Shown: in pieces, positions 49,690-63,150 of the stretch | How positions within the stretch are numbered: position 1 is the first letter of the stretch | Layout: every line of letters begins with the position of its first letter | DNA from: Negaprion brevirostris | Taxonomy: Eukaryota | Length of the DNA stretch: 64,000 nt | Assembly (NCBI GenBank): GCA_030324005.1 | Contig: JARDVH010000099.1 | Coordinates: 48,064,818-48,128,817 of the forward strand | Direction: 5' to 3' | The notes under the pieces: generated by a model | The model's input: the letters and a program-made list of their open reading frames with translations, nothing else | Told to the model about the DNA's origin: nothing | Database searches by the model: none | Translations under genes and position numbers: made by a program

Positions 49690-51260
49690 GAGATCTTGAG
49701 ACTTGCATGTCTAAACACTAAGGAGGTGATCTTACTGGCTTGCCATGCTGGTCAATCAATGTGACGAACAGGTAAGATCAAGACAAGGTGAAAAACTAGG
49801 TTTGCGCCTGGCTTCTCTCCTCTCACAATGACAATGACCCTAAATTGCCAGAGTATGCTATGACAGGCTGGTTACTGTCCTCACTGAATATCACACATAT
49901 TACACCATTCTTGTAGACAAAACCACATTCCACCATAAGCCAATGTTTCCAAGTTGGGACACCTTACAGATAACATCAGCTGGGTTCATGACACATAGAT
50001 AATCTTAAAGGAGTGACAACCTTTAAAGCTGTAACTACAAAAAAAAACACTGATGGGTAGAATATTTGAAGAGACCCTAGAGAGAAGCCAACTCCCAATA
50101 AAGGCCCAAGACGGAGGGCAACAAGTTACCCCATAGCACGTGAGGGAGGCAGATGAAGTCTGGAGTGAGCAGATGGCTAGGAATGAAGTAAAGCTATCTG
50201 AAGTAAAAGAAGCAAATCAAGCAAAATGTAAATGATGCCATTCTGCAGGAAACATTTTGTATCAGGGTGAAACTTGAAATTTGAAACACAAGATTCAAGC
50301 TGAGTATATACATGTGAAAAAGCATGATAATCTGAAATCTTCAATGAACCAAGCTGTTTGAGATTTGAAAAACAAATTTCAGAGATGGCATAATGGTACC
50401 AGGAGGAAATAACAATCCTCACTTCCACAGTTGTTTAAGTTTAATTATTAGCGCCACAAATCAGCTTACATTAACACTGCAATGAAGTTACAATGGAAAT
50501 CCTCTAGTTGCCACACTCCAGCACCTGTTTGAGGACACTGAGGGAGAATTTAGCATGGCCAATGCACCTAAGCGGCGCACCTTTCCAATTCCGAGGAAAT
50601 TTGAGAACCCAGAGGAAACCCATGTAGACATGAGGAGAATGTGCAGACTCTGCACAACAGTGACCCAAAGCTGGAATTGAACCCAGATCCTTGGTGTTGT
50701 GAGGCAGCAATGCTAACCTGTGTGCCATCGTACCACTCCAAGATGAAGCAAGTGATCTTCACCAAGAAAATCGAAACCTCTTGAAAGGCCATGACATAGT
50801 GCAACAATCCCTCAGGACAATATTTGTTCCACTAGCAAATTATGAAAAGATGCAAAATGAATTTGACATCACTCTGATGAGCAGATGAGCTGATGAACCA
50901 GTTGGCAGAGGAGACTCAGAAATGCTCTACATTCCAAGAGAAAGCCAAAGGCTATAAGATACAAATTGAAGAGCTGAAGAAACTGTTGAATGGCAAAGAG
51001 GAGGTATTGAAAGGAAAAGCTACAGAACTTTCCAAGATGCAAACAGACAATGAAGACACGAGTAGCACAATTACAGAACCGAAACAAGTTAAGACTTGGC
51101 TGGAGGCAGGCCAGGCCAACAGTGAAACCAAAGCAAGGGACAAGGACAATGTTCTGCTAAAGAAAGAGAATAAGATCTGAAAATGATCATCCGACATTGA
51201 TATGCAAAGCTGAGCTGAATGAAAATATTCATAAGCCTTGCATGACAATTCGAAAATAAA
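49690..51260 (+). pseudogene. Decayed UACA/RAI14-family (ankyrin + coiled-coil) intronless copy, interrupted by a SINE
   Basis: Translated segments IQAEYIHVKKHDNLKSSMNQ (~50293-50352), LRTIFVPLANYEKMQNEF (~50811-50864) and IEELKKLLNGKEEVLKGKATELSKMQTD...STITE...KDN (ORF 50893..51180) resemble UACA/RAI14 coiled-coil motifs. In-frame stops and frameshifts present. Confidence 0.6.
50440..50735 (-). mobile_element. HE1-type V-SINE with a non-HER1 3' tail
   Basis: Reverse-complement tRNA head and V-domain. Tail ...cttcattgcagtgttaatgtaagc...gtggcgctaataattaaac. Confidence 0.85.
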
Positions 51261-51602
51261 ACAGGAAACAAATGTTTGGTTGAATTTATGAAACTAGTGG
51301 AAATGAAGCTTCTATTTACGAGACGTAAATGCCCAGGAAGAACAGTGCGGACACCGCAAAAACAAAAAGAAAATTCAAATTCTGTTGTAGGAACTAACGG
51401 AACGCATTTTCCCTTTGGAAGAATTGGGACAAACCCCGACTCGATGTCCAACAAAAAACAGATGAGTTGTTAACAAAGAGAAATGCAACTCAAATGTAGA
51501 AAGCCGAGTACCAGCAACACAGAGAACTGTTACTATTCCAATAAAAGTAACAGAATGAAATGTGGAAGAGCTGATCAGCCTCAGTGCCATCTGAATTTAT
51601 GA

Positions 51603-51720
51603 GGGTGAATTTTACAATCCCGGGAATCTGAGCCGGTGAGGGGGTGGAAAACGGAAAGATCTGTTGACTTTGGACAGAGTTTTCCAGTTTCGGGGCAAGC
51701 AAGGCTGGAAAATCCCACCC
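51603..51720. mobile_element. Short MITE-like element with imperfect TIRs (Harbinger-like)
   Basis: Ends GGGTGAATTTT ... AAAATCCCACCC. Confidence 0.5.
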
Positions 51721-52014
51721 GTAAAGTTAGAGACTTGGAGCGAGATTTCGTGGGCCAGTTTGCTGCAGAGGCCTTATGTCACTAACTCTCTTAAGGGGGC
51801 CTTAAGATGATGTTTGCTGGTGGGATCTCAGTTTGAAATCTTACCCGCCCACTGCCAGTGACATAATTAAGGGCATGACCCTAATTTGCATAGATTAAAT
51901 TAATTCAGTTATAATTAAAAGACTATGCTCCATTGTGCCCAGCCCATGGAAAACTCCTTCACTGGTGCTAGGATGTCATATTGGTGAAAATCAGTACTGG
52001 TTTTGGAAAATAAA

Positions 52015-52170
52015 AGGTTAAAGTCCAACAGGTTTATTTGGTAGCACTCACCTGATGAAGGGGCAATGCTCTGAAAGTTTGTGCTACCAAATAAACCTGT
52101 TGGACTTTAACCTGGTGTTGTGAGACTACTTACTGTGCCTACCCCAGTCCAACGCTGGCAACTCCACATC
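52015..52170. mobile_element. Penelope-like pseudo-LTR palindrome (family A) with hammerhead core in the loop
   Basis: Perfect 33-bp inverted repeat at 52015-52047 / 52081-52113 enclosing CTGATGA-A-GGGGCA-a-TGCTCT-GAAA. Confidence 0.8.
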
Positions 52171-52329
52171 TTTCTGACCCAATAAGTACTGGGGATTTAG
52201 GTGGTTGAAATGGATTGAGTGTGAGGCGAACAGGAATTGTTGTCATAGTCTCATAAAATCTAGATTAGCTATGGAAGAAGATGAGATTGCTCCTTAAGTA
52301 AAAATACATAATAAGAGGACCATTTTCTG

Positions 52330-53472
52330 TGTCGTTTATTGGCAGGCAAAATGTTTAAGACAAACACTAGGTTGCTTATGAAGAGGTGAAGGTTAGAGTA
52401 TAGTTGAGGTGCATTCACATGGAGGGGAAAGATGGGACAAGAAAAGCCCACCTTGGTGATGAAAAAGTTAGGGCAGTAAGATAAAGCAGAAAAAGAATAT
52501 CTATGACAGAGGCCAGGCTGCTGATATGTGAGAACCAGAGCTGACTAGATGGTTCAGAGGGGCAGTGAATAAGGATATAAGTGGGAGAAAGGAGGAGTAT
52601 TGGAAGGGAGTGGCAGCTAACATAAAGGACAATCCTAATCTCTTCTATTGACATATAAATAGTAAAACGATGGTCAGAGGAGTGTTATGGCTAATTAGGG
52701 ACCAAAAAGGGATCTATGCATGGAGGCAGAAGGCATGGCTGAGGTACTAAAAAAGTAGTTTGAATCTGTCTTTACTAAGGATGAAAATGCTGCCAAAGTC
52801 ATGGTGAAGGAAGAGGTGATTAACACATTGAATGTGCTAAAAGTTGATCAAGTGGAGGTATTGAAAAGACTGGCAGCAATTAAAAAGGATAACATACCAG
52901 GACTGAATGGGATGCATCCAAGGATGCTGTAGTAAGTACTGATGGAAATCGTTGAGGTACTGACCATAAATTTCCAATCCTCCTTGAATGTATGCGTGGT
53001 ACCAGGACATTGAAGAATTGCAGCTATTACACCCTTGTTCAAAAAGGGGGTGTAAGGATAAAGCTCAATAACAACAGGCTAGTCAATTTAATCTTGGTGG
53101 CGGGAAAACTTGAAAAAAGAAAATTCCTGGCAAAATTAATTTGGATGAGGTGGATTAATTAAGAAAAGGTAGCACTGATTTGTTAAAGACAAATTGTGTA
53201 GATGGGTCCAGACAGAATAGATAGAGAAGAACCTTTCTTTGGCAAAGAGGTCAAGGACCAGAGGGTACTGATTTAAGGTGGTGAGTGAAACAGCCAAAGG
53301 TGATAGGAAAATACATTTTTTAATGTGGTGAGTGATTAGGATTTGGAATGTTCGCAAGGATGGCGGTGGTAGATTCAATGTGCAGGGTTATTGGGAAAGC
53401 ATGGGAATGAGTTTCGCTGAATTGCGAGTCGGTGAAGATTCAACAGGCTGAATGGCTATCCTATGATTCTCT
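52330..53472 (+). mobile_element. Decayed, internally deleted CR1 LINE
   Basis: Degenerate PG..GMHPRML.EV, PLFKKG and YRPVSL-like motifs (~52895-53100). Tail ggctgaatggc...ctatgattct. Confidence 0.75.
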
Positions 53473-55769
53473 GACGTCGCCCCTCAGAAATCCTGCCAGT
53501 TCTGTCTTTATTGTGGCCAACATTTATGGTGATTGAGTTGGCCTGAGGAGTATTTGACTCCATAAGATGCCTGACCGAAAACACTACGCTGGTAATTTTA
53601 ATATTTAAACCGAAACCTATGAATCACATCATTAAGAGGTGAGATTAATGAAAGCATGAGTAAAATAAATAAAAAATTCTTGCTGGTTTATAAAATGTAA
53701 CTCATTGTGTTTCTTTTAATGCAATAAAATCTTAAAGCCTTCAGTAGTTTTCTAGAATACTGTAAATAAGTTAGAGCACGTGTCTTTGATCAAAAGCTTT
53801 CACATCAGAAATGAACCCTACAGTGTCCTTTGTTGGCCTTTGATTGTGGGAAAGGAAATGAAAAACTGATGCAAGGGAAGATCAAATTGTTTTCAAAGTG
53901 AAATTGAAGGGCATAAGGACTGCTTTACAGATTTACTGATTTTAATTTTTAATACCCATAGAACCAAGTAACATATCTGATAGTGGATGAGAGACTTCCC
54001 CTGTGTGGGATGGTAAATACAGAAATTGGTTTGCTTCCAATTCTTGAGTAATCCATATAAACAGAGGTTGGACAGTTCCCTTTGAAGTTATATTTATATG
54101 CTAGCCAGGGGTGTAGATTCTTGTGGAGAAGTACTGATCTCAACCAGCTGCCGTGTAGAACAATTTTAGTAAATCAGCAAGACATTGAATTTGTTTTTTT
54201 GAAAATGCAGAAAACAAATATAATTTGAATAGATCTGTGACTGGCAGAATGCTGTTTCAGTTGATTGTCAGTAACTTGCTGTGCTTTGCAGCTTCTTTAT
54301 ATTATCTTAGAATCTAAATCTGACTATTAGTTTTACCGTGATGTGATGGGCAAGCAGACTGGTTGCCAATGTAAACAGTTATAAAATGATTAATAGCTTG
54401 TAGTATGCATAAAGTTGCAACTTTTGATTTGGAGACAACTTGCATCTATTTATGGAGACTGCCTTTATGATGCAATACAAGTTAAAATGCTGGGAAACGT
54501 CCATAGCACCTTAATTTTGTCAATTTTACATTTTGTTCAAGTGGGGCTTACAGCCTTCTGATGGATCGAAGTGTGCATACAGTAATTTTTTTAAATGAAG
54601 TTCTTCGGTGTCTGCAGTTTCCAGCGAAGTTCTGATTAGCTGGTCGGCTCTTTGCAGCGCACTTGTTTATTTTTGCATTGATGTAATTTTGCATTCAGAT
54701 ATTTTACAAGTCTAATGAGAGTGACCAATTTTTCTTAGCATTATGCATGCTTTTTTGAACTGTTCATAAGGAAAACCTGCGAATGGCGAGGGAAGAGACC
54801 AAAGTAATTTGTTGTTTATGTTGTATAAATTGTGATCTAATGTTTACAGATGTTTTAGATTTTGAACTGTGAAGGTGCAAAAGAAATCCAATAACTATTG
54901 GAATTTGTTCTTCATGCCGTTGCTTGATTAATATGTAACTTAGTTCAGATGCTGTATTAAATGAATTGACAGTGGAACTTATCACAGAGAAACTACTTAT
55001 ATATGTGGAAAAAAAGATAGTTTAAAATTGAGGCTAATCTGCCTGAGGAACTGTCAGAACAATTTACGATGACATTAGGAGATGTAACGTTTAGATAATG
55101 CAAATACTACGCTAACAAATTGCTCACCTTGTGATAAGTACCCCTTGCATTCTTTGGTGCAGTATTGGTTTTATTGAAAACAGCATGCAAAATACGTTCA
55201 ACTAAGTAAGCTTAATGGCCATAAAAGGTCAAAAATAATTACCATCACTTTTCATTTTCTGCCTGAATTAATGCATCATAGCAGTTAATAGATACAATTT
55301 TCTCAAAATACCAGAATTTTTTAATATTCAAGAATATTATTACAGAATATTCACAGTGATGTGTTGAGATCAGAAGCAACTTATCTGTTGACTATCTTAG
55401 TAATTATACTTAAACTTAGTAATTATATCATGATATTATGAATCAAAGGGGGAAATAGGTGTTTTATTAAATTATTTTGTTCTAGGGTTTCTGTTTTAAA
55501 ATAAATGCTGGCTACCATTTAAATCTGCGCACAGTTGTGCTAGATTTCATGCGACTTCTGGCTAGGTAGCCAAACATAAATAAGCAGCTTCCAACCTATT
55601 GGGTGCTACCCCTTCTAAGGTGGCAGAAGGAGTGAATGGAGTTGTGAGCTCCCTCTCCATGAAAGCTTTCCCCGCAGTATGCACTAGCCCTACTTGTCTC
55701 TTGGTATTGGAGTCCTTTTATCTTTTCAGTACTGTTTAAAAATGGCTGCATACTGACTGGGGCTTAGGT

Positions 55770-56140
55770 GTGTGGAGTGGGGGTGGATAGAGGGGTTGAA
55801 TACCATGTTTGTTGGGGGGGGGCGTTTAAACAGTGAAAGGCTGTTTAGAAGGTGTGGGGGTGGGAACCAGAAGAGCTAATTAAAATCTGTTTGGGGTGGA
55901 AAAGGGGAGAAGGACTGATAACAATATGTGTGGTGGGGGGGGTGCTGGAAACGGGGAGAGGAAGTGATTAGTGTGTGAGAGAGGGGGAATGGGGAGAGGG
56001 ACTGATTAGTGTGTGTTGGGGGAATGGGGGAAAGGGTGGTTTACAATATATCTCAGGGGAGAGGAGCTAATTACAATGGAGGGAAAATCAGGAGAGGAGC
56101 TTGTTACAATGTTTGTGTGCGAGGAATGGGAAGAGGAGAT
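55770..56140 (+). repeat. G-rich degenerate tandem repeat (ggggagagg..ctgatta...gtgtg)
   Basis: About 8 imperfect ~40-bp units with G4-G10 runs. Confidence 0.55.
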
Positions 56141-59100
56141 GACTTTTCTGTCATTAGGGAAAAACTTAACCTTGGCTGATACCAAACTAGCCAATACCTC
56201 TTGCACGTTACGTTCTATGCCTGTTCAGAAGCACTCCACTTCATAAAGCCCATCTATGGTTTGGAGGACCATCACTCCATATTCAGGTAATATAAATTAA
56301 ATCCATTTTATTTTAAACTTGCATTGTATAGCAGAATCCACAAAGAAACTGCAACCTCTGATGATTAATATTAGTTTAGGATTGCTGGAAAAATACATAT
56401 TTTCAAAGCTTTTTGTGTTGAACTCATTAGGGCAATCACAGGAATACCAATATCAGAGTAAATATCAATTTTACACTAAAAGCCAGTGCTAATTGGTTGA
56501 CAGGTGGTTTCTTGGTAGAAATGTTGTCATGAAGAATGCACCAGTTGATAGTGCCTGACAGTTAACTGCCAATCATTTTGAAATTCAAATGTTCTGAGAT
56601 TGCGCAACGTTTGCTAAGTAATGCATAGTGTTCTCAAAATTACGCTGACAGCCAATTTAAGATTGTCAGTCATACTTGCAGTATGGCGCATTTGTGTGTG
56701 CTGATTGAGGTCTGTTCTTTGCAGAAAGAAAAAACATGTATACTTATTGTGTCTGTTTCAGCTAATGAAAATAAGTGGAAGCTGTTCGCTGGTTCATATC
56801 ACAGGGCAGTGCCATAACCAATCAGAGTCAATGTGCCTTGTTTAAATTTCAAACAATGCTTGAAATGGAATGCTATCATGGTTTTCCAGAGAAGAGGCAG
56901 ACGTGTGGGAAATGGATCAGATATGTTTGAGAATCTTGTCAGTGATGGGGAGATGAACCTGAGCCTCATGAAAACCAAATTAATTTTGGAATCACTGTGA
57001 TGAAAAATGACATTGTCCGGACAGATGAGAGGTGGAAGCTGAGAGGTTACGTTAGAGGCACGTGGAAGTATAAAAGAGTTGATAGTGGAGACTGAATCCC
57101 CGGAAATGTAAATAAAGGAAGGCAGAATTGAAGGTGGATTGTGTGGAGGTGAGGGATTGGAAGTTGGAACCAAAAGTTGGTGAAATTTTCCGGTTGTGAA
57201 ATGGCTTTAATGTGTTGTTCACTAAGATGCCCAAGATTTCTGCTCTGATATCATGTATATTTCCAATTAGCATATAATCTACATTAACCATCTGCCATAA
57301 TTCATAACCTTATATTAAACCTCGCATCCACCATTTCTGTGCACAGATAAAGTTTGCCAACATCCTTTTTAATCTGTGTTGTTGCTAGTTGCCATTGCTC
57401 CCAATTTGGAATTCCCAGCAAATTTGAAGACTGGAACAATTCCTTGTAAATCATTTCTGAAAATTATAATCAACAGTAGTAAGTCAGCAGCCAGTCTTGT
57501 GGCATTCCAGTGGTAACTGGCTGCCAACCAAATTCCAGTGCATGCGTTGCTACTGGTTGTCTACAAACAAATCTGCCAGTCAATTTGATAAATTTCAATC
57601 TATCTCATTTCATTGTGCAGTCCCTCCTGTGACACGTGTAGGTATGGATGTTTTAAAAAGGGCAAGAAAATTATAGACAAAATAAAATAATCATGCCAGT
57701 TTAACTGTTCTAAGCCCATTTGTTTCTGCCTGTACTTGAATATCGATTGCAATTATGCAGTTTTAAATTTGGTTACATCACAACTTTGTAGGGTTATGAA
57801 GTACAATTTCATTTGTCACAGTTTTGCTAGTCTTTACTGGCATATAACTTGGAAAGGTTGGGGCTGCTATTGGTCAATTTGAGTACAATAGATAGCTTTG
57901 TTATTGTCACAATGACCATTTAATTTTGTATGTCTGAAGCCACGTCTGGCACCTCAACCCTTTACAGTGTTAAATTGAAGCTGAATGACATACTCAGGTC
58001 TGGTTTGCCACAATAGATCGAGTATGTGAAAAAGCTGTGGATCTTATTGATTATTTTAAAAACTGGGAGTCTTGTAAATTATGTAATTGTTGTGTTGATG
58101 CACTTTGGATTTAAAGTATTTTTAAAGAGACCCGGGATTTTAATGGCATTTCAGTGAGAAGCGATCTGGACAGTAAAAGCTTAATTTTTAATGCCAACAG
58201 GTTGTTTGTTTTATTGATTTTCGTAACTGAGCAGGTGAAATAAAGGTACATCATGTAAGGAAGCAAGATGTTCCATGATTAATGCGCGAATAGAACTTGT
58301 TTGGAGTTTAGGTNNNNNNNACATAAAAGTATTCCACTGATATAGCACTGTTGAAAAACTCATTTTGAAACTAGCTGCTGTTGAGGAAGGGAGAAGACAA
58401 GGTGAGGAGACAGCTTCACAGCTGTCTGTCAGACATTAATAATTTTGAGCTGTGACTTTACCACTGCATTTTCTCAAGGGCTACTAAGTAGGCAAATTCT
58501 GATCAGATTTTCAGAAAGTATGTTATAAGATAAAATTTAGAAGCTTGCAAAGCAAAGCAAGCTTCTAAATTTGAAACCAGAAGACTTTGCACATGATTAA
58601 TGGCCTGTTTATCATTCAATTTATTGTTAGTATATAGAATTATCTAGGTTCAAATTTTTCTTTTAAACTGAAACCTGTTATCTAATGAGGCAATTAGTAC
58701 ATATGTGGAACCCTCTGGTTAAATCATAATCAAATGTTTAAGTGGCCAAGTTGTCTGGTGCATACTGTTTGTCACAGGAATTTTAAATTTGAGCAATAAA
58801 AAATTTGTGAAAAAATATCCCCTGCATGTCAGTGAATCCTGTTTGAAACCATCTGGCAGAATAGAGATGGCAATGATTTAATTAGATTCAGAGTAAGGTT
58901 CTAAAGTTATCTGGACTTCAATAAATAACAAAGAAACAGGTTGCATTAGAAAAGATGAATATGACATAATAGTTTTATTTGATATGTGAACTGGAACTAA
59001 ATTTAGCATTCAACTGTCAGCGAACCATTTTTAAAAATTGAAATAATTGAGTCTTGGGGCTCTTCCTAGATCTCGGACCCTGTTGGTGCAAGTATTTAGT

Positions 59101-59599
59101 TCACTAAATTTGTCTTTCATTGACATAGTAGTTAGATTGTTTGGTACTGAGTTCTGCAAAAGATACGTTTTTCTGATCAACGCCAACAAATTGACAATAT
59201 TCAGCTCTACCTGTGCATTGACATTAACATTTCATTCCCACTTTTTTTCTTAACCTGGCTTTATGGCCTTCCCTTTCCATATACCATTCCAAGTGAAATG
59301 TGTAGTGTGGCCCATCATGCCTGTTATAGCTGTCTGAAAGAATTACAAATTATTACTGGTCACCTGATTTTGTCTCATAGATTTGTTTTTTTTTCTTTTA
59401 AATCCAACTCCTTTTTGAATATTACAGTTGTATCTGTTCCCATCACCCTTTCAGGCAATGCTTACCATATTAGCAACAACTTCCATGCCAAATAATATCT
59501 GATACTGATCCACGTAGGAGCTACAGGGACAGATAACCAAATCCTTGATCAGAGAGGTAGGTTTTGTGGAGCTTCTTGCAGGAGACAGAGTGATAGAGG

Positions 59600-59845
59600 T
59601 ACATAAGAACATAAGAAATAGGAGCAGGAGTAGGCCATCTAGCCCTTCGAGCCTGCCCCGCCATTCANNNNNNNNNNNNNNNNNNNNNNNNNNNNNNNNN
59701 NNNNNNNNNNNNNNNNNNNNNNNNNNNNNNNNNNNNNNNNNNNNNNNNNNNNNNNNNNNNNNNNNNNACAACAGACGTTAAACTAACCGGCCTATAATTC
59801 CCTGCCTTTTGCCTGCCACCCTTCTTAAACAACGGCGTAACATGG
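59600..59845 (-). mobile_element. Young CR1/HER1 LINE ends flanking a gap
   Basis: acataagaacataagaaataggagcaggagtaggcc tail. Post-gap ggcctataattccctgcc (GNYRP). Confidence 0.75.
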
Positions 59846-62319
59846 TGAAGTTCAGTGATGAAGTACCAGAGCTTGTGGACTGGGTACCTGAGGAAAATTG
59901 GAAAGACAAAAATTGAAGGAGCAGAAAGCTCTCAAAAACTTTTAGGGCTGGAGGCTACAGGAATAGGGATTTGAAAATGAAGATGAGAATTAGGTATTAC
60001 CCTTGCTCAATAAAGAAATTCTCCCCAACTTCCTTTAAACAAGTTATTTGAAATGACTTGCATAGTTAAGACCCGCCTGTCAGTGGATACAGTTTTTTCA
60101 TAGAATTATATAGAATAAACCTTAAGAAAGAGCCCATAAGGCCCAGGTCAGTGTTTATGCTCCACTTAAACCTCCTCCCATCCTTCCTCATCTGATTATC
60201 AGCATAAATCTCTATTTTCTTCTCCCTCAAATTGAGAGGTTTCCTCCTCAAATGCATTTGTACAGTTTGTTTCATATTCTTATTACCCATGAGTGAAGAC
60301 ATTGCTTTTGCATTCCCTTTTTGATTTCCTGGTTACTGGGTTTTTCTCATAAGTGGAAACACTCTGTCTCATCAAAACTTTACATAATTTTAATGTGCTC
60401 TGTTGCGTCATGTCTCAGTCCTCTCTTTTTAAGAAGGAGATCCAGCCTATTTATCAGTTCCTGATTTCTCTCTTTCTCCCTATATATTGTATCAAAACTG
60501 CCCATAATTTTGAACACCTCTCTTAAATTTACTCTTTTCTGTTCAAAGGAGAGCCATCCCAGATCCTGATCTGGAGACTGAAGCTCCTCATTCCTGTTAC
60601 CATTCTATTAAATTTTCATGCATACGTTCCAAAGCCTTGGTGTCCTTCCCTCATTTTGGTGCCCAGAATTGGACATTAGTTGAGGTCTAATCAGTGATTT
60701 ATAAAGGTTGCGCTTAATTTCCTTCCTTTGCTCTATGGATCCATTGTAAAACGAGAATCCTGTTTGATTTTTTTTCAAAACTTGCATGGTGGATTCAGTG
60801 ATGGTAAAGCCAGCTGGATGTTGAAGGGAATTGTTAGATATTCTCTCAATGGATTTGGTCAAGGTCTGGCATTTGTCATTTATCAGCCCAAGCCTGAATA
60901 CTATCCAGACTTTGTTGCATTGGACATTGACCAATTCAGTCTCTATTTGAGGACCTGTGACCATTGTAAACTCACCAGCAAACATCCCTGCTTCCGATCT
61001 TACTCAGGAGGGAGGACACTGATAAAACAGTTGAAGATATTCGGTCACTACCTGAGATAGCTTCTGCAGTCATGTCTTGAGATGTTTGGTCTCCAACATC
61101 CACGACCATCGTCCTTGATGCTGTATATGACTCAAACCAGTGGCCTGCACTTCTTTCCAAGTAGTGTAGACATCCACCTCCAGTTGTCCAGCTAAGTAAG
61201 CCCATTTGCTATTTTATGGTTCCTCCTTTTCTATTCTGGATCTAAGGAACAAAGCTAACTGAACTGCTATTTCTTCTTTAGATAGTCAGGCAATCAATAA
61301 AGTCTGTTATTTTAATTACCATACCTTCACAACAAATTTCTGAGAACTAAACGTTACCTGTAGAAGATTAACATGAACCATGAGCTAGATATTCATTATA
61401 ATGGAAGACAAGATACTTGCATAATGATGTAACTCATACACAAAATTCTATGTTGAGTAAAAGATTAGCATTGTTCATGTAATTGGAATCATTGCCTTTT
61501 CATGTGTCACTGGCAAGATGAGCATTTATTGCCCATCCCTAATTGCCCTGAAGAAGGTAATGAACTGCATTCTTGAAAGTTGCAGTCCATATGGTATCAG
61601 TACTTCTACTATAAGAGAGGGAATTTCATTTTTCTGGTTAGCGCAGAATTGCTGTGGAAGGTAATTGTGATAGATTGGGAAATTTGCTTTATTTTTTATC
61701 TTGCAACTTTTAGTACCTTTGGATACTGACTGAGAATCTTTCAAATATCTGCCAGTTGCTATGTATTGATTAGTTTTCTGTACATTGGGAAGGACGCGTT
61801 TTACATTTTGGTTTACAAAATATTACTCCAAAGGCAAATGTTCACCATTGTCTAGAGACAATTCTTAATCGAATGGGTTTGCCAAACTAAAATAGGTAAC
61901 CAAATAAATTAATATAATTTATTTAGCCGGAGTAGAAGCTCATACATTATTGTTTATCAGGTCAAGGGTCCCGGTACGCAGGACCGTTGACTTTTTGCCA
62001 TAGAATCAACAATGCTTAGATGATTAAGTGGGCAAATACATGGCAGATGCAATATTCTGTGGACAAATGTGAAATTATCCATTTCAGACGGAGAAACGAA
62101 ATGACAGAATTGTGTTAAATGTTAGATTGGAAAATATTGATGTACAAAGGAACCTTTGTACATCAGTCACTGAAGGCAAGCAAGGTAATTCATCATCACT
62201 GCTGAACCGAGCTATCCATCTCCTTTTCTTGTCTTTCCAAAACCTCAGATACCTTTGAATACTCGGGTCCCTGCCGAAGTCATTTTGCAATCGCTTGTAT
62301 GAATCCACCCGTACTATTT

Positions 62320-63150
62320 TGTTTAAAGCCCTTTCTACTGCCTTAGTTATACAGTTTGCCAGGAAACTGTCCCAGCGTGGTCCAGGTGAAGGCCATCCTA
62401 ATGGTACAGTACTGATGGCATTGCTCCATGGATTGAAACCCATTTCTATGACATCAATCTTTTTGTTCGTGGCTCAGTAGTAATCCAGAGATTGTTACCT
62501 TTATGGTTGTGCCGTTTAATTTTTAGTTGCGCATATTCCTTCAGCAGAACCTCTTCTTCCTATCTATGCTGTTGGTATCCATGTAGGCCACACTGACTGG
62601 ATCCTTCCCTTCCTTTCCAAGTTCCCCTCCAGCCATGAAGAAATGTCCTTAACTCTGGTACCAGGCAACACTGACATTGGGTCTCAACCTCAACTGCAGA
62701 GAACTGTATCTATCCCCGTAACTATTCTGTCCCCTACTACAACGTTCCTTTTAAATCCACCCACTTTAGTGGCTGCCTGTACCAAGGTGCAATGATTGAT
62801 TGCTCATCTTCTCTGCTATCCCTCCTCTTGTGTCCATAGAGTGCAAAAACGTGCAGCTGTTGGACAGTTGTAAGGGTGAGGCTACCTTCTGGATTTCTGT
62901 AGCTCTTTCACTCGTAGATACATCTCCTGTTCCTGATTGTGGACCACATGTGGAGTACCTAGCTTAACAGGTGTGACTACCTCCTGGAACAGTATTCAGA
63001 TAACTTCCCCCTTCTTTGATGCATGGTCTCTAGCATATCAGGCTTAGAGATGAAGTTCCCTGAGCTGCAGACAATGAATGCAACATTGGCTGCTGTGGAC
63101 CACATTGATGATCAAGTGCTACAGCTGCAGCACATTGCTTGCTGTGTTAT
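62320..63150 (-). mobile_element. CR1 ORF1 remnant (SGNH esterase type)
   Basis: ...LANCITKAVERALN in ORF 62084..62443. GDS.VRGID-like (~62705-62735) and HVGTND-like (~62570-62590) remnants on the minus strand. Confidence 0.65.

Noticed and set aside
56395-56590. Possible third Penelope-type family with a minus-strand hammerhead remnant (ctaatgagttcaacacaaaaagc)
   Set aside because: Core mutated and stems not recoverable. Too degenerate to call.
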